From: an uncultured virus (IMG/VR IMGVR_UViG_3300009285_011187)
Taxonomy: Duplodnaviria > Heunggongvirae > Uroviricota > Caudoviricetes
Length of the DNA: 64,000 nt
Virus record (IMG/VR): IMGVR_UViG_3300009285_011187
Strand: one strand, 5' to 3'
The notes under the pieces were generated by a model that saw only the letters and a list, made by a program, of their open reading frames with translations, was not told the DNA's origin and searched no databases. The translations under genes were made by a program, and so were the position numbers. Positions 1 to 10,418 of the stretch are shown here, one piece after another (the first letter of the stretch is position 1; the number at the start of each line of letters is the position of its first letter).

Positions 1-332
1 TGAGCGGCCAGGCCACGGTCATCGCCGAGCAAAACTGTGCGCGGCATAATGAAGTAGTGCTTGCCACGAGACTCAACCGGGAAAATTTCCTTTCCCTCTT
101 CCTGCTGCTTAAGCTTGGCTGCAGCAAACCCCAAACTGCCGTAAGCGTTGCCCTTGCGAGCGAGCATGGTGTCGCCGCTAATGTAAGTTTCACCCGCCTG
201 AACCGGGCCGGAAGAATAATCCAGACAAAAGCATTTCGTTACAATGGATACCACGATCTAATCTTATGAAAGTAGTTGGAATGATATGGAATATATTCTG
301 CTTAATTCTTAAATCTTACAAAGGAGGCGACC

Positions 333-1481
333 ATGAAGGAGTCTTTTGTTCTAACGATCAGCCCCAGGTATGTGCCTGATTGGGGGAAATGGGAAGCATT
401 CCGCGAATTGATGCAGAATTCCATCGACCGGGAAAACGAGCAGCCGATTTCCGAGATCATTTTTACCTATAATCCCACACAGCAAAGAATCACCATTGGC
501 AATAAACGCAGCGCCCTGGACCGGAAAACCCTGATTCTGGGTGAAGGAGATAAGGCTAACAATGAAGATGCGATCGGCAAATATGGTGAAGGTTATAAGC
601 TGGCACTCCTGGTCTTTTTGCGCCTGGGAACGAGGATTAGAATCCGGAACCTCGACGAAGTATGGGCTCCAAAAATAAAGTATTCGGATCAGTTTCAAAC
701 CGATCTGCTTACCATCGAAGCGATCAAAACCAAGCCGACCGATAACCTGTTGTTCGAGCTCGATGGCATCACCGACACTGACTACAGGGAATTCAAGAAA
801 AACTGCCTTTACCTGAATCCGCCTGCCGAAAAGATCACAACCAGCAAAGGCGATATTCTGCTTGACGAAGGATTAAGAAGCAAGGTCTTTGTCGAAGGAC
901 TCTTTGTTTATCAATTTCCAGAAAGTGACAAGATTCGCTACGGCTATGACATGAAGGCTCGTTGGCTCAATCTGGACAGAGATCGGCGCAAGATAGAATC
1001 GTTCAATGTGCTATGGGAAGTGGCCCAGATGTATGCATCACTCGATTCGACATATGCCAACCTGATCTACAATCTCGAAAAAGAAGAATGGCGAGACATT
1101 GATTATCTCAGCAGCCATCGCCGCGGTAAAGGCAATCCACTGTATGATGCGCTTTGCACGATGCACTATGCTGACTTTTTGGCCAAGTATGGCAAGCATG
1201 CGATCCCGGTAGGATCAGAGCAGGAAGCAGATTTCATTAAAGAAAAGTATAACAATCTTATGCCGGTATTGCTTAAGACTACTAAATACCGTTATGTCAC
1301 AGACAGTGCTTCCTACTCAACGTCTACCAAAGGCAACATTCCCAAGGAGGAAACGCCCTATTCACTATCTAAGGCTGCTATTATAAAGCTGTTGCCAGGT
1401 GCAAAATTCAAGGAAGCCAGGGATGTTATGCTCAAAGAATTCCTGCCAATGACAAAAAACTGGTGCAAGAGGTATATATGA
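333..1481 (+). CDS. GHKL (HSP90/MORC/rIIA-like) ATPase domain protein
   Basis: N-box AFRELMQNSID and G-box IGKYGEGYKLAL; strong AAGGAGG RBS upstream. Confidence 0.75.
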   Translation: MKESFVLTISPRYVPDWGKWEAFRELMQNSIDRENEQPISEIIFTYNPTQQRITIGNKRSALDRKTLILGEGDKANNEDAIGKYGEGYKLALLVFLRLGTRIRIRNLDEVWAPKIKYSDQFQTDLLTIEAIKTKPTDNLLFELDGITDTDYREFKKNCLYLNPPAEKITTSKGDILLDEGLRSKVFVEGLFVYQFPESDKIRYGYDMKARWLNLDRDRRKIESFNVLWEVAQMYASLDSTYANLIYNLEKEEWRDIDYLSSHRRGKGNPLYDALCTMHYADFLAKYGKHAIPVGSEQEADFIKEKYNNLMPVLLKTTKYRYVTDSASYSTSTKGNIPKEETPYSLSKAAIIKLLPGAKFKEARDVMLKEFLPMTKNWCKRYI

Positions 1482-1708
1482 AACAATGGCCGTCAGTAAA
1501 AGTTAAAAAACATTTTGAAAAAATATTCCAAACGGGATTCAAAGAATACTGGGATATTATGACAGGGTTCGACATCATTTCCTTCGATGAATTTATGCAG
1601 ACGAAACGTGGCTATATAGAGGACGACAAGACGAGCCTCGGTGATTTCGTCAAGCAAAAGTATGGAAGTGAAGCAGAAGCATTGATAAGACTTCTAATCG
1701 CAATGTAA
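1478..1708 (+). CDS. hypothetical phage protein
   Basis: ORF coupled to the upstream stop (ATGA overlap). Confidence 0.5.
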   Translation: MKQWPSVKVKKHFEKIFQTGFKEYWDIMTGFDIISFDEFMQTKRGYIEDDKTSLGDFVKQKYGSEAEALIRLLIAM

Positions 1709-1961
1709 ATTGCTGTCTGAAAACTGGGAATTAAAATGAACCGGAAGAAACAAAAAGAGCTAATAAGGGCATTTAAAGAAAAATTGCCAGATGTTCCAGT
1801 GCTTTACAAAAATAAAATTTATACTGGGCATCCGAGTGGAAGGCTTGATCAATTTTGTACAATAATCTTTGACTATGATCGCAATTACAAAGTAAGTTGG
1901 GATACAATTACCAGATGTTACAACGAAAACAGGCCTGTACGGATTTGAAGAAAGGATTGAT

Positions 1962-2492
1962 ATGCGCAGTTATCGCTTAATGATCTGGGCTAGATTAAAG
2001 GTATTTGCAAAAGGATTCCCGAAATGGTTTGGTCTTTATCTGGGATTGGCCGGCTTGATTACATTTAATCTATTTATCCTGGAAGAAGCTTTCCAGACCA
2101 CCATGTTCGCCACCTGGCCGGCCCAGGATGCTCAGGAGTGGCGACTTGTGAAGCAATCGCTTAGTGTAATGGAAAAAATCCGGAAGACAACGGTCGCAGT
2201 AAACTATGCAGCTGGTTGGATCAATCCGATCGCTTTTGTTGCTTATGGAAAGTATATTGATTCGGAGCGCGCCTATATCGACGGTCTGACCGCGAAAACC
2301 CTGGCCCATGCACCGGAATTATTCATTGGTGAAAAAGTGACCATGACATTCATTCCAATGGAAAAAGAGCATGTTGGCTATCATTGGATTCTTCGCAATA
2401 ATCGTTTGACAGTGTGGACGCCGGAAGAACGACCAGTGATTACCGGTATTATGAGAAAGATTGACGAGCGCCTGGTGCTCGATGGGAGGTAA
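1962..2492 (+). CDS. hypothetical membrane-anchored protein
   Basis: 176-aa ORF with N-terminal hydrophobic segment FGLYLGLAGLITFNLFIL. Confidence 0.55.
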   Translation: MRSYRLMIWARLKVFAKGFPKWFGLYLGLAGLITFNLFILEEAFQTTMFATWPAQDAQEWRLVKQSLSVMEKIRKTTVAVNYAAGWINPIAFVAYGKYIDSERAYIDGLTAKTLAHAPELFIGEKVTMTFIPMEKEHVGYHWILRNNRLTVWTPEERPVITGIMRKIDERLVLDGR

Positions 2493-2494
2493 AT

Positions 2495-2689
2495 ATGAAA
2501 GTACATTTCAGGGCAGATGAAGCCAATGGAGTACATACAAAATTCACAGTATTCATGAACGGCGCCAACTGTGGCCAGCTAACAATGAGTGAAGATGAAG
2601 CATGCTACTTTCATGAAGTTTTTGTGCGATCAACTTACTTAATGCCTGAAGATGAATTTATGTCGTCTGGTAAATGGTTCAAGGAGTAG
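2495..2689 (+). CDS. hypothetical phage protein
   Basis: GGAGG RBS, tightly packed ORF. Confidence 0.55.
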   Translation: MKVHFRADEANGVHTKFTVFMNGANCGQLTMSEDEACYFHEVFVRSTYLMPEDEFMSSGKWFKE

Positions 2690-2691
2690 CT

Positions 2692-2937
2692 ATGAAAGTA
2701 CAAGCACTGTGGTATGGCGGGCCAAATTATGCATTGTCAACACAAGACGATATCGAGACTTTCGATTCGATAAAACGGGCCAAGGAAGTCTTCTTTGACC
2801 GGCAGGATTGGGACCATTATCGTCCTTGCGTGCAGGACTCTGAAATGCATCTGTATTTTCATAAATTTACGGAAAACGGACCAGATCGTATTTTAACTAT
2901 GGGACCGCGAGGCGGTGTAAGGATGGAGAGGTGTTAA
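2692..2937 (+). CDS. hypothetical phage protein
   Basis: AAGGAG RBS before ATG 2692; ends in GPRGGVRMERC. Confidence 0.55.
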   Translation: MKVQALWYGGPNYALSTQDDIETFDSIKRAKEVFFDRQDWDHYRPCVQDSEMHLYFHKFTENGPDRILTMGPRGGVRMERC

Positions 2938-2938
2938 T

Positions 2939-3547
2939 ATGGAACCGGCGCACAAAGAAGAATATCAAGGTTTGACGATTAAGATCCATCAGGACGAAGA
3001 TCCACCTAATCCGCGCCTCGAGTTTGAGACCTTCGGTCATATGATCTGTTTCCATCGCAATTACGATCTGGGCGACAAGCATGATATGGACAAGGATGAT
3101 TTGATTGAGACGGTTAAATGTAAAGACGTGATATCCTTGCCGCTCTACCTCTTGGACCATTCCGGACTGTGGATGCGCGTCTTCCGATTCGCTGAAGATC
3201 CTGGTGGCTGGGATACCAGCATGGTGGGTTACATCTACTGCAGCCTGGAAGAAGTTCGCGAAAACTGGAAAATTAGAAAAGTGACCAAGAGATACAGACA
3301 AGCAGCCATCGAATTGCTGGAAGACGAAGTCAAGGAATACAGCCAGTATCTCGAAGGTGATATTTGGGGCTTTGTCATCAATGATCCACATGGGGCACAG
3401 CTTGATTCATGCTGGGGATTTTATGGATTTGATTGTTGCGTGACAGAAGCCAGGGCAAACGCTGATGAGCTGGCCAAAAGATACTTTGCCAAAGAAGCGA
3501 TATTGGCTTACAGCCGGCACGCAGCGACTATGGTCACTACAGCGTAA
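2939..3547 (+). CDS. conserved-type phage hypothetical protein
   Basis: 202-aa ORF with motifs DEDPPNPR, LYLLDHSG, WDTSMVGYIY, DSCWGFYG typical of phage early genes. Confidence 0.6.
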   Translation: MEPAHKEEYQGLTIKIHQDEDPPNPRLEFETFGHMICFHRNYDLGDKHDMDKDDLIETVKCKDVISLPLYLLDHSGLWMRVFRFAEDPGGWDTSMVGYIYCSLEEVRENWKIRKVTKRYRQAAIELLEDEVKEYSQYLEGDIWGFVINDPHGAQLDSCWGFYGFDCCVTEARANADELAKRYFAKEAILAYSRHAATMVTTA

Positions 3548-3763
3548 AAAGGAGGCTTTCGTGATAGAGATACATTTTACCGAAAAAAGCGCTACTGCTA
3601 TGGGACGCAATGGCATCATGTATTGTCGAGGACTGTACGTTTCGCAGACAAACTATGTGGTAACTATTAGGCCGATTAACAGCAAGGGGCACATTGGCAA
3701 CTGCTATATCGACATACCGTTAAAAAATCTGCAACTGGTCATCGAGAAACTGATGGAGGTATT

Positions 3764-4696
3764 ATGAATCGTCGAATCATTGAAAAGATACTTTGTGGTA
3801 TCCACGCCCGCTTTGTCGAATCAATTAAGGATGAACATACTAGAAAACTGGTCTCCAAGTACAGCATCATCACTGGCGGATCCATAGTATCGTTGCTTCT
3901 CAATGAGCGTGTATCGGACTTTGATTATTATTTCACAAACAAAGAAACGGTCCTGGCAGTTACGAATTACTATGTCCATGAGTTCAATCGGCTCAATCCA
4001 AAAACATTAATCATGCCGCAGATTGCTGAGCAAGACGATCGTGTAAGGATTATGATCAAGTCGGCCGGAATTGCCGGCGAAGGAGCTGATGATAATTATC
4101 AGTATTTTGAACGGCTCCCTGATAAGGTTGGCGAAAATTGGCTCGACAAAGTCATGTCCGCTGATGAAATACCGGCTGAGTTATTGAACGAGGTTGGTGA
4201 GACGGAAGAAAAAGAAAAATATCGGCCGGTTTTTCTATCCGACAATGCCATCACGCTTTCCGACAAAATTCAGCTGGTAATCCGATTCTATGGAGATCCG
4301 GAAGAAATACACGAAAATTATGATTTTGCGCACTGCAAGAATTACTGGACCGCGGCAACCGGCAAGTTGACCTTGGATCCATTGGCCATCGAGTCGATCT
4401 TAACCAAAAACATGGTCTACCAGGGCTCGCTGTACCCGGTTTGCAGCGTAATCCGTATGCGTAAATTTCTGAAAGCAGGCTGGCACATCAATGCTGGTCA
4501 GATCCTTAAGATGTTGTTTCAGGTATCTCAACTTGATTTAACGAATGTTACAGTCCTGGAGGACCAGTTGACCGGCGTTGACGCCGCTTATTTTCATCAG
4601 ATTATCGATTACTGCAAGGCGAGGCAAGAGAAGGATCCAGAGTTTAAGGTGACAATGCCTTACCTTCTAACCATCATCGACAGGATATTCGGATGA
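3764..4696 (+). CDS. putative nucleotidyltransferase (Pol-beta superfamily)
   Basis: ITGGSIVSLLLNERVSDFDYYF (GS...DxD) and later YDFAHCK motif. Confidence 0.6.
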   Translation: MNRRIIEKILCGIHARFVESIKDEHTRKLVSKYSIITGGSIVSLLLNERVSDFDYYFTNKETVLAVTNYYVHEFNRLNPKTLIMPQIAEQDDRVRIMIKSAGIAGEGADDNYQYFERLPDKVGENWLDKVMSADEIPAELLNEVGETEEKEKYRPVFLSDNAITLSDKIQLVIRFYGDPEEIHENYDFAHCKNYWTAATGKLTLDPLAIESILTKNMVYQGSLYPVCSVIRMRKFLKAGWHINAGQILKMLFQVSQLDLTNVTVLEDQLTGVDAAYFHQIIDYCKARQEKDPEFKVTMPYLLTIIDRIFG

Positions 4697-5261
4697 CCAA
4701 ACGTGAAATTTATTTAGGATGTGCGCAATCATATTTTCGTAATAGACATAGCTACCATCCAAGATTTAAAAAGTCCAAACGACACAATAAAGTAATGGAC
4801 TCTAATTTTGAACGCAATTGTCAAATGGTTAGACATTACATTAAAAAAATCAGAGCATTAGATAGCTCGGAAAGGAATTTTCCGTGAAATTCAGATTTAC
4901 AATAAAAGAACTTGAAGAAAAAAATGACGATACGTTATTGTATGATTTAGTTACTGAACGTCTCAGTCTATTAAAAAATCCTTATACTCCTTTGAGGCGC
5001 CGGCTGGAAGCGCTTCAAGAAAAACTCAGAATCAAAATAATTCCAAAAAGTATAAGATAATGAAAGAAATAAAGACGATTGGTGAAAAATGAAAAAAAGA
5101 CAATGCGAATGTTGCGATCCAGGTTGTCCAGTTCACGAAGGCAAATCGGAGTGCATTAAGCGAGCAGTAACCATAGTACGACGGTTTGATTTTGCCGACG
5201 AGCCAAAGTGCTATTTTTGCCGGGCCTGCGCTGATGATGCACTGGAATCGGGGGTGTTTGC

Positions 5262-5477
5262 ATGAAAGAATATACAGTCATTCTGCTTTATCCTGATTAT
5301 ATCGCCGAGAACCATGGCGAGGAGACTTATATAACCTATGCTTCTGTTAAATCAAAAGCAAGTGCCATCAAAAAAGCACGCAAAGAAGCGGCCAGGGCAA
5401 ATAGCGACAGGGCATTTCCATCAGATTTTTTCGTTATCGGCGTCATCGAAGGAAGACATAAGGTATATGGCGAATGA
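5262..5477 (+). CDS. hypothetical phage protein
   Basis: ORF within a dense + strand cluster (YTVILLYPDYIA). Confidence 0.5.
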   Translation: MKEYTVILLYPDYIAENHGEETYITYASVKSKASAIKKARKEAARANSDRAFPSDFFVIGVIEGRHKVYGE

Positions 5478-5707
5478 ACATCAGTAAACAGGACTGTATC
5501 GGCTGTGAAGATAACTTTTATAATGACCGCAATCCTTATGGTATCAAGGAATGCTGGAATTTCGGGAACGCCAAGATTATCAAACGTAAGAAAGTTGGAA
5601 TAAACGATGTACCACCATGGACCTGGAAGCCGGGTAAATTCCCAAGCTGTTATAGGCAAGAAGGTTATGTTTTTATCGACTGTACAAAAGGAGATAGGCA
5701 ATGCTGA
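5474..5707 (+). CDS. small Cys-rich hypothetical protein
   Basis: CIGCEDNFYN...ECW; ATGA overlap. Confidence 0.5.
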   Translation: MNISKQDCIGCEDNFYNDRNPYGIKECWNFGNAKIIKRKKVGINDVPPWTWKPGKFPSCYRQEGYVFIDCTKGDRQC

Positions 5708-5967
5708 AAGACCAATATGGAGATGACATTCCTAACGACTTGGTTCTAATGCCAGACATGGAGTTCTTAGATGAAACAGATCTTGAAATGATTGATAATG
5801 CAGACTGGTATGAGGCTCATGGGATTTTAATGGTCCCTGCTTCTGCCATAAATTTTTTATCTGAAGACGACCCCGTGGATGCCGATATTAATCTTGAAAC
5901 TGATGAAGTTTGGAAAATAGATAATGTACTGCACCGTTGGAGTAAGGAAGGGTTCTACCATGCATAA
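5701..5967 (+). CDS. acidic hypothetical protein
   Basis: 88-aa D/E-rich ORF with overlapping start. Confidence 0.5.
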   Translation: MLKDQYGDDIPNDLVLMPDMEFLDETDLEMIDNADWYEAHGILMVPASAINFLSEDDPVDADINLETDEVWKIDNVLHRWSKEGFYHA

Positions 5968-6460
5968 AATAGTTACGATCAGCGAATTACCTCTTGTTTC
6001 ATGCAATATCGAAATTGAAAATGGCAATTTATCAATATCGGGACGCACCGGTCATAGCAGCGGCCAAATTATTACGGACTTCAAGGAATATGACAGCCGT
6101 GGTCATATGTCTATTGAAGATCTGACGCTGGCACTCGGCTGGACAAAGGAAAAAATCAAACAATTTTTTGACATATGGGACCGTTGGCATTTGAATAACA
6201 TGCGAGCTGGTTGCGAACATCAACGGGAAGCCGGATGGAACAAACAAAAAATTGATGAATCGCTGCCGTTGGAAACATATGGTAAGTTTTTTGAGGGTCA
6301 GGGAATAAAATCTTGGAATATGTGGGCCTGGATCCCAGAAAAGGATCATCCTCAGGGCCTATTAAGTAAGGCCTGCCCGGTATGTGGCTACCGGTATGGC
6401 AGTGCCTGGCTCAAGGAAGAACTGCCGCAAAATGTCATCGATTTTCTGGAGGTGCTATAA
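5960..6460 (+). CDS. hypothetical phage protein with C-terminal Zn ribbon
   Basis: WDRWHLNNMRAGCEHQ ... CPVCGYRYGSAW. Confidence 0.6.
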   Translation: MHKIVTISELPLVSCNIEIENGNLSISGRTGHSSGQIITDFKEYDSRGHMSIEDLTLALGWTKEKIKQFFDIWDRWHLNNMRAGCEHQREAGWNKQKIDESLPLETYGKFFEGQGIKSWNMWAWIPEKDHPQGLLSKACPVCGYRYGSAWLKEELPQNVIDFLEVL

Positions 6461-6666
6461 TGGGCTATGTATTTATGACTGCGTTATGCGGACAATGCAA
6501 ACGTCCATTCATGTTCAATCCTCACAAAGTGCCCAGCTTAAACAACATTCCGTTTTGTAAAAACTGCGTTGACGCAGCGAATGCCGGGCCACGGCAACAA
6601 AATGGCCTGCCGCCAATCGTTTATACTGATGATGCGTATCAAGCTTTACCTGAGGAAGAACTATGA
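6460..6666 (+). CDS. small Zn-finger protein
   Basis: CGQC...FMFNPHKVPS...CKNC; ATG overlaps the upstream stop. Confidence 0.55.
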   Translation: MGYVFMTALCGQCKRPFMFNPHKVPSLNNIPFCKNCVDAANAGPRQQNGLPPIVYTDDAYQALPEEEL

Positions 6667-6804
6667 AAACATTTGAAATCTACTTTAGCGATCTAAGTGA
6701 ACAGGCCAAAGTTCGATTTTTGGTATTTGAAGATATCGACAATGAGCAAGGCGGAAATTATGAATTTATTCCATTGGCAATCATTGAACGAGAGGAGGAG
6801 TTCG

Positions 6805-7149
6805 ATGCCTGAAATCAAATTCTTTGAAGTGCGTGACAAGGCAACGTTTATTCCTGTTATGGCTATCAAGTTGCAATATTACATAGACAATTTGACTGAG
6901 AATGAACTGTTTTTACTTAATACTTCCGGTTACGAAGGCACTTATGTTTTATATACCCCGCTTGATGGACTTAATCATGGCCGGATTCATTATGCTCCAT
7001 ATGAATGGAATGATCGGACGCATCGATTCGCGCACGAATGGATTAGAGATCATTGGCATAAACTTATGTCTGGCGACGTTGTTGATGTAGAATTTATTTT
7101 GAATGAAACCGCGGCACCCAAAGAAAGCCAGTATCGAGGTAAATCATGA
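6805..7149 (+). CDS. hypothetical phage protein
   Basis: GAGGAG RBS before ATG 6805; FEVRDKATFIP...GDVVDVEFIL. Confidence 0.6.
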   Translation: MPEIKFFEVRDKATFIPVMAIKLQYYIDNLTENELFLLNTSGYEGTYVLYTPLDGLNHGRIHYAPYEWNDRTHRFAHEWIRDHWHKLMSGDVVDVEFILNETAAPKESQYRGKS

Positions 7150-7448
7150 AAACATATATTGAAGCAGGCGAAGAACAGGAAAAAAAGTTCCAAGATATCC
7201 CGGTTTACGAACTGGGAGAAACGCCGGACAGCATTTATGCAGAACAGCCAATTCTAGCAAACTGCATTCGCATCAAGCGCGCTATCCTTGCCGGCTATGA
7301 TTCAGAGTATGAGATGCCCATGCCTGTTGTGGATGTCCTGATTGATCTGCGCCATCTGTGTGATGCCATGGATCTTGATTTTGCGGACTGTGATCGCGTA
7401 GCCTATGATCATTACATCGAAGAGCTTGAAGAACAAAGGGGGGACTGA
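7146..7448 (+). CDS. hypothetical phage protein
   Basis: DVLIDLRHLCD...AYDHYIEE motif; coupled ORF. Confidence 0.55.
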   Translation: MKTYIEAGEEQEKKFQDIPVYELGETPDSIYAEQPILANCIRIKRAILAGYDSEYEMPMPVVDVLIDLRHLCDAMDLDFADCDRVAYDHYIEELEEQRGD

Positions 7449-7667
7449 CATGAGTACAGAACTAGTCCGTAATAATCAATACAGTATTGTAAGGTTTTAC
7501 GGTGGAGATCGTAGAGGGCCGTGTATTCAGATAACATCGCAAACAAACGATCCATATATTCAGTTAACTGCGAAACAATTAGAGATATTTATACAGGAAC
7601 TGCGAGATGCCACCGAGTCACTAAAAGGAAACAACGAAACTTTTATATAAAAAAGAAGGAGTAATTC

Positions 7668-8294
7668 ATGGACTTAGAAGCCAATAAAGAAAAAATTATC
7701 GAATTATTATGGAAATCAGTTAATCGATTCGGGATTATACGTTTAGTCGATTGGCTTCAGGAATCGGATTTTTTTACAGCGCCGGCATCTACCAATGGGC
7801 ACCTAGCAGAACTCGGCGGCCTGGCGCAGCATTCACTCCTTGTTTACAAATTACTGGCCGATAAGATAAAATACTATATAACCAACTCACAAAAACCGGA
7901 TATCACAGCAAAAATAAAACAGCTGCTTGATACCATAGATGATGAATCGGTGATTGTCTGCGCACTGGCCCATGATTTCTGCAAAATAAATTTCTATTCA
8001 ACAGAAAACAAAAACGTCAAAAACCCGGATACCGGCAAATGGGAAACAAAGTTGGCGTATGTAATCAAGGACCAGTTCCCTTACGGTCACGGCGAAAAGT
8101 CAGTTTCGATACTACAGGCATTCATTAATGTAACGCCCCGAGAGCGATTGGCAATTCGCTGGCACATGGGACCGTTTGAGCCGAATGTTATGTTTTTCGG
8201 TCATCAACAAACATATCAACAGGCGATGAAAGATCCACTGACCGTGTTGCTTTACACCTCGGATCTTGAAGCATCAAAGATTCTGGAGGGATAA
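7668..8294 (+). CDS. HD-domain phosphohydrolase
   Basis: DFFTAPAST..H...GGLAQHS, HDFCK, GHGEKSV, AIRWHMG. Confidence 0.8.
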   Translation: MDLEANKEKIIELLWKSVNRFGIIRLVDWLQESDFFTAPASTNGHLAELGGLAQHSLLVYKLLADKIKYYITNSQKPDITAKIKQLLDTIDDESVIVCALAHDFCKINFYSTENKNVKNPDTGKWETKLAYVIKDQFPYGHGEKSVSILQAFINVTPRERLAIRWHMGPFEPNVMFFGHQQTYQQAMKDPLTVLLYTSDLEASKILEG

Positions 8295-8512
8295 ATGAAC
8301 AAATATTTATTGATCATCTGGGATGATGTAGAACCTGGAATAATAGGTCCATATAAAAACGAAGGAGTACGAAACAAAACAGCAAGAAATTTTCGCAAGA
8401 TTAATGGTCCAGATCACGGCATTTACCAACTAGATGTTGTTGGCACGCCAAGCATCGAGGCATATTCAAACGAATTTTTTGAAGAGTAAATTATGTAGAT
8501 GGAGGTTTTCAC

Positions 8513-8866
8513 ATGAATAAGGAAGAAGCGCCATTCAAAGAAGCAGTTCCGGATTTCCTTCTGGCATTCGCCAAAGGGGTTGTCAACGTTCTGTTTATCT
8601 TTGTTGTCATTTTCAACATCAATCGGATACTGGAAATCATCGCAGTCGGGTTCGAGAGCTACATCACAAAAGTAGCGGCTCACTACGTTGAACACAGGAA
8701 ATCCACAGTTCGCACGTTTACCAATGAGCACTTGGTGCGCAAAACTAAGCGAAAAGTTTACAGTAAATTTGAAACACAAACCATTGAACAGGTTGTACAA
8801 CGTTTACGCGAAGCGGAAGCGAAGGAGAAAAAACATGCCTCTATACCGAGTGCGATGGGAAATTGA
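8513..8866 (+). CDS. hypothetical membrane protein
   Basis: GGAGG RBS; hydrophobic segment VVNVLFIFVVIFNI. Confidence 0.45.
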   Translation: MNKEEAPFKEAVPDFLLAFAKGVVNVLFIFVVIFNINRILEIIAVGFESYITKVAAHYVEHRKSTVRTFTNEHLVRKTKRKVYSKFETQTIEQVVQRLREAEAKEKKHASIPSAMGN

Positions 8867-9032
8867 TCTCGATGCCGACACGGCAGAAGAAGCAGCGCAT
8901 GAAGCTTATAAGATCCAGAAAGATGGTTCAAGCGAGGCCACTGTATTTGACGTAGTTCTTTATGATGGTTCTGGTCCGGAGCCACAAGAATGGACATGCA
9001 TCGATCCAGTTGATGATTTTTTTAAGGAGTGA
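8835..9032 (+). CDS. hypothetical phage protein
   Basis: AAGGAG RBS; YRVRWEIDLDADTAEEAA motif. Confidence 0.55.
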   Translation: MPLYRVRWEIDLDADTAEEAAHEAYKIQKDGSSEATVFDVVLYDGSGPEPQEWTCIDPVDDFFKE

Positions 9033-9035
9033 TCA

Positions 9036-9578
9036 ATGAACATCATAATTGAACAATCCAAAACGATTCCGGTACGATACCAACATTTCAATGCCTTGAC
9101 TTGGTTGATAAAAGCGGCGGCAGGCGATGTAATGCGGCATAATATAAGTCAAATAATTCATGTAAACCAGGGCATTTGCTATTGTACGGACGGTCAAAGG
9201 TTGCATGTTTATTCCCAAGATTCAGAGGAATTGCCAACCAATGATTATCTTCAGGATGGCAATTACAGAATAAAATCGGCGACTAAAAAACTTATCATTC
9301 TCGAAACCGTTGACCCGGATGAATTCGAGTATCCGGCCGTTGATCGCATCCTGGCATATCAGCCAAAAGTCACAAAGCATTATCGAACTATGGCACATTT
9401 TACCAATTTCGTTTTTACGATTTTCCATGACTGGGACACCATGATCAACATCGACTACTTGCGTGACGCCTTCATGGAAGAAGACATCAAAATCGAATGT
9501 ACTGTCAGCAAAATAGGGCCGATTGTTTTCGGAAACGAAGATCGGCTTGCGTTAATTATGCCGATAATAAGGCATTAA
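9036..9578 (+). CDS. DNA polymerase III beta-clamp-like protein (partial fold)
   Basis: CTDGQRLH, FEYPAVDRIL, INIDYLRDA and terminal ALIMPI resemble DnaN signature segments; only 180 aa. Confidence 0.5.
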   Translation: MNIIIEQSKTIPVRYQHFNALTWLIKAAAGDVMRHNISQIIHVNQGICYCTDGQRLHVYSQDSEELPTNDYLQDGNYRIKSATKKLIILETVDPDEFEYPAVDRILAYQPKVTKHYRTMAHFTNFVFTIFHDWDTMINIDYLRDAFMEEDIKIECTVSKIGPIVFGNEDRLALIMPIIRH

Positions 9579-9582
9579 GATC

Positions 9583-9948
9583 ATGCAAATGTTAATCGTC
9601 ATCGAAGGTGGTAATGTACAGCATGTATTGTCTACTGGGCAAATCGAACTTTTTCTTATTGACCGCGACAATTTTGCGCTCATGAAAGAAAAAGGCAAAT
9701 CTCTCGATGATCTTAAAGAAACAATAAGATATCGAGTAACTCCAAGTACCAGTGTCAATATCATGAAATGCATTGATGAAGCTCTTGCGCAGTATCAACC
9801 CATGAAACAGGCATCAAGCAGTACCTTGATTTGCCCTAAATGTGGTGGCAAAGTTATCGGCATCACCTTCCGGTATCTTTCTAATGCAGGTGCTCTATTC
9901 TGCTATAAATGCGACGCCGACATGGTGTTTGATGTTGAGGAGGCTTGA
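9583..9948 (+). CDS. hypothetical protein with C-terminal Zn ribbon
   Basis: IVIEGGNVQ N-terminus; CPKC...CYKC. Confidence 0.5.
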   Translation: MQMLIVIEGGNVQHVLSTGQIELFLIDRDNFALMKEKGKSLDDLKETIRYRVTPSTSVNIMKCIDEALAQYQPMKQASSSTLICPKCGGKVIGITFRYLSNAGALFCYKCDADMVFDVEEA

Positions 9949-10418
9949 AATCGATTGCCACAAATTATAAGTGAGGTCAAACTATGTATCACGATTTAAT
10001 GACGACGATAGCTAACTTTTTATTTTGGTTGGGGATACTCGAAATTTTACTTTATTCTTTCGCTATGAGCAATGTACATAATGCGCAAGTGGCGTATAGG
10101 GGCTATGCGTTCACAACACTTATATTCATAGCTGCTGCAGTCGCTAAATATCTATCAACATAATAATCGACAAGGAAGCGTGCAAATATGTTGATTTTGC
10201 CGGCAGACAGTATAAAGACTTATGATAGAAACGATCACCCCGGAACAGTAATTGGTATTAGGGCGGTTTATAGAACAAAGCAATTGGGACCTTGCGAAGA
10301 TTGCGGAGATATTACCGGAAGAATCATAGATTATCTCGGCACTTTAACATATAACTGCGGACAAACTGAAAAACATATATCGAAAAGAAAATAAACGCAT
10401 TGACAAGGAGGTAAGATT

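Noticed and set aside
1..215. Possible minus-strand gene fragment or foreign DNA at the window start
   Set aside because: An open frame (…MLARKGNAYGSLGF…) runs off the edge, but it is too short to assign and no junction signal can be shown.
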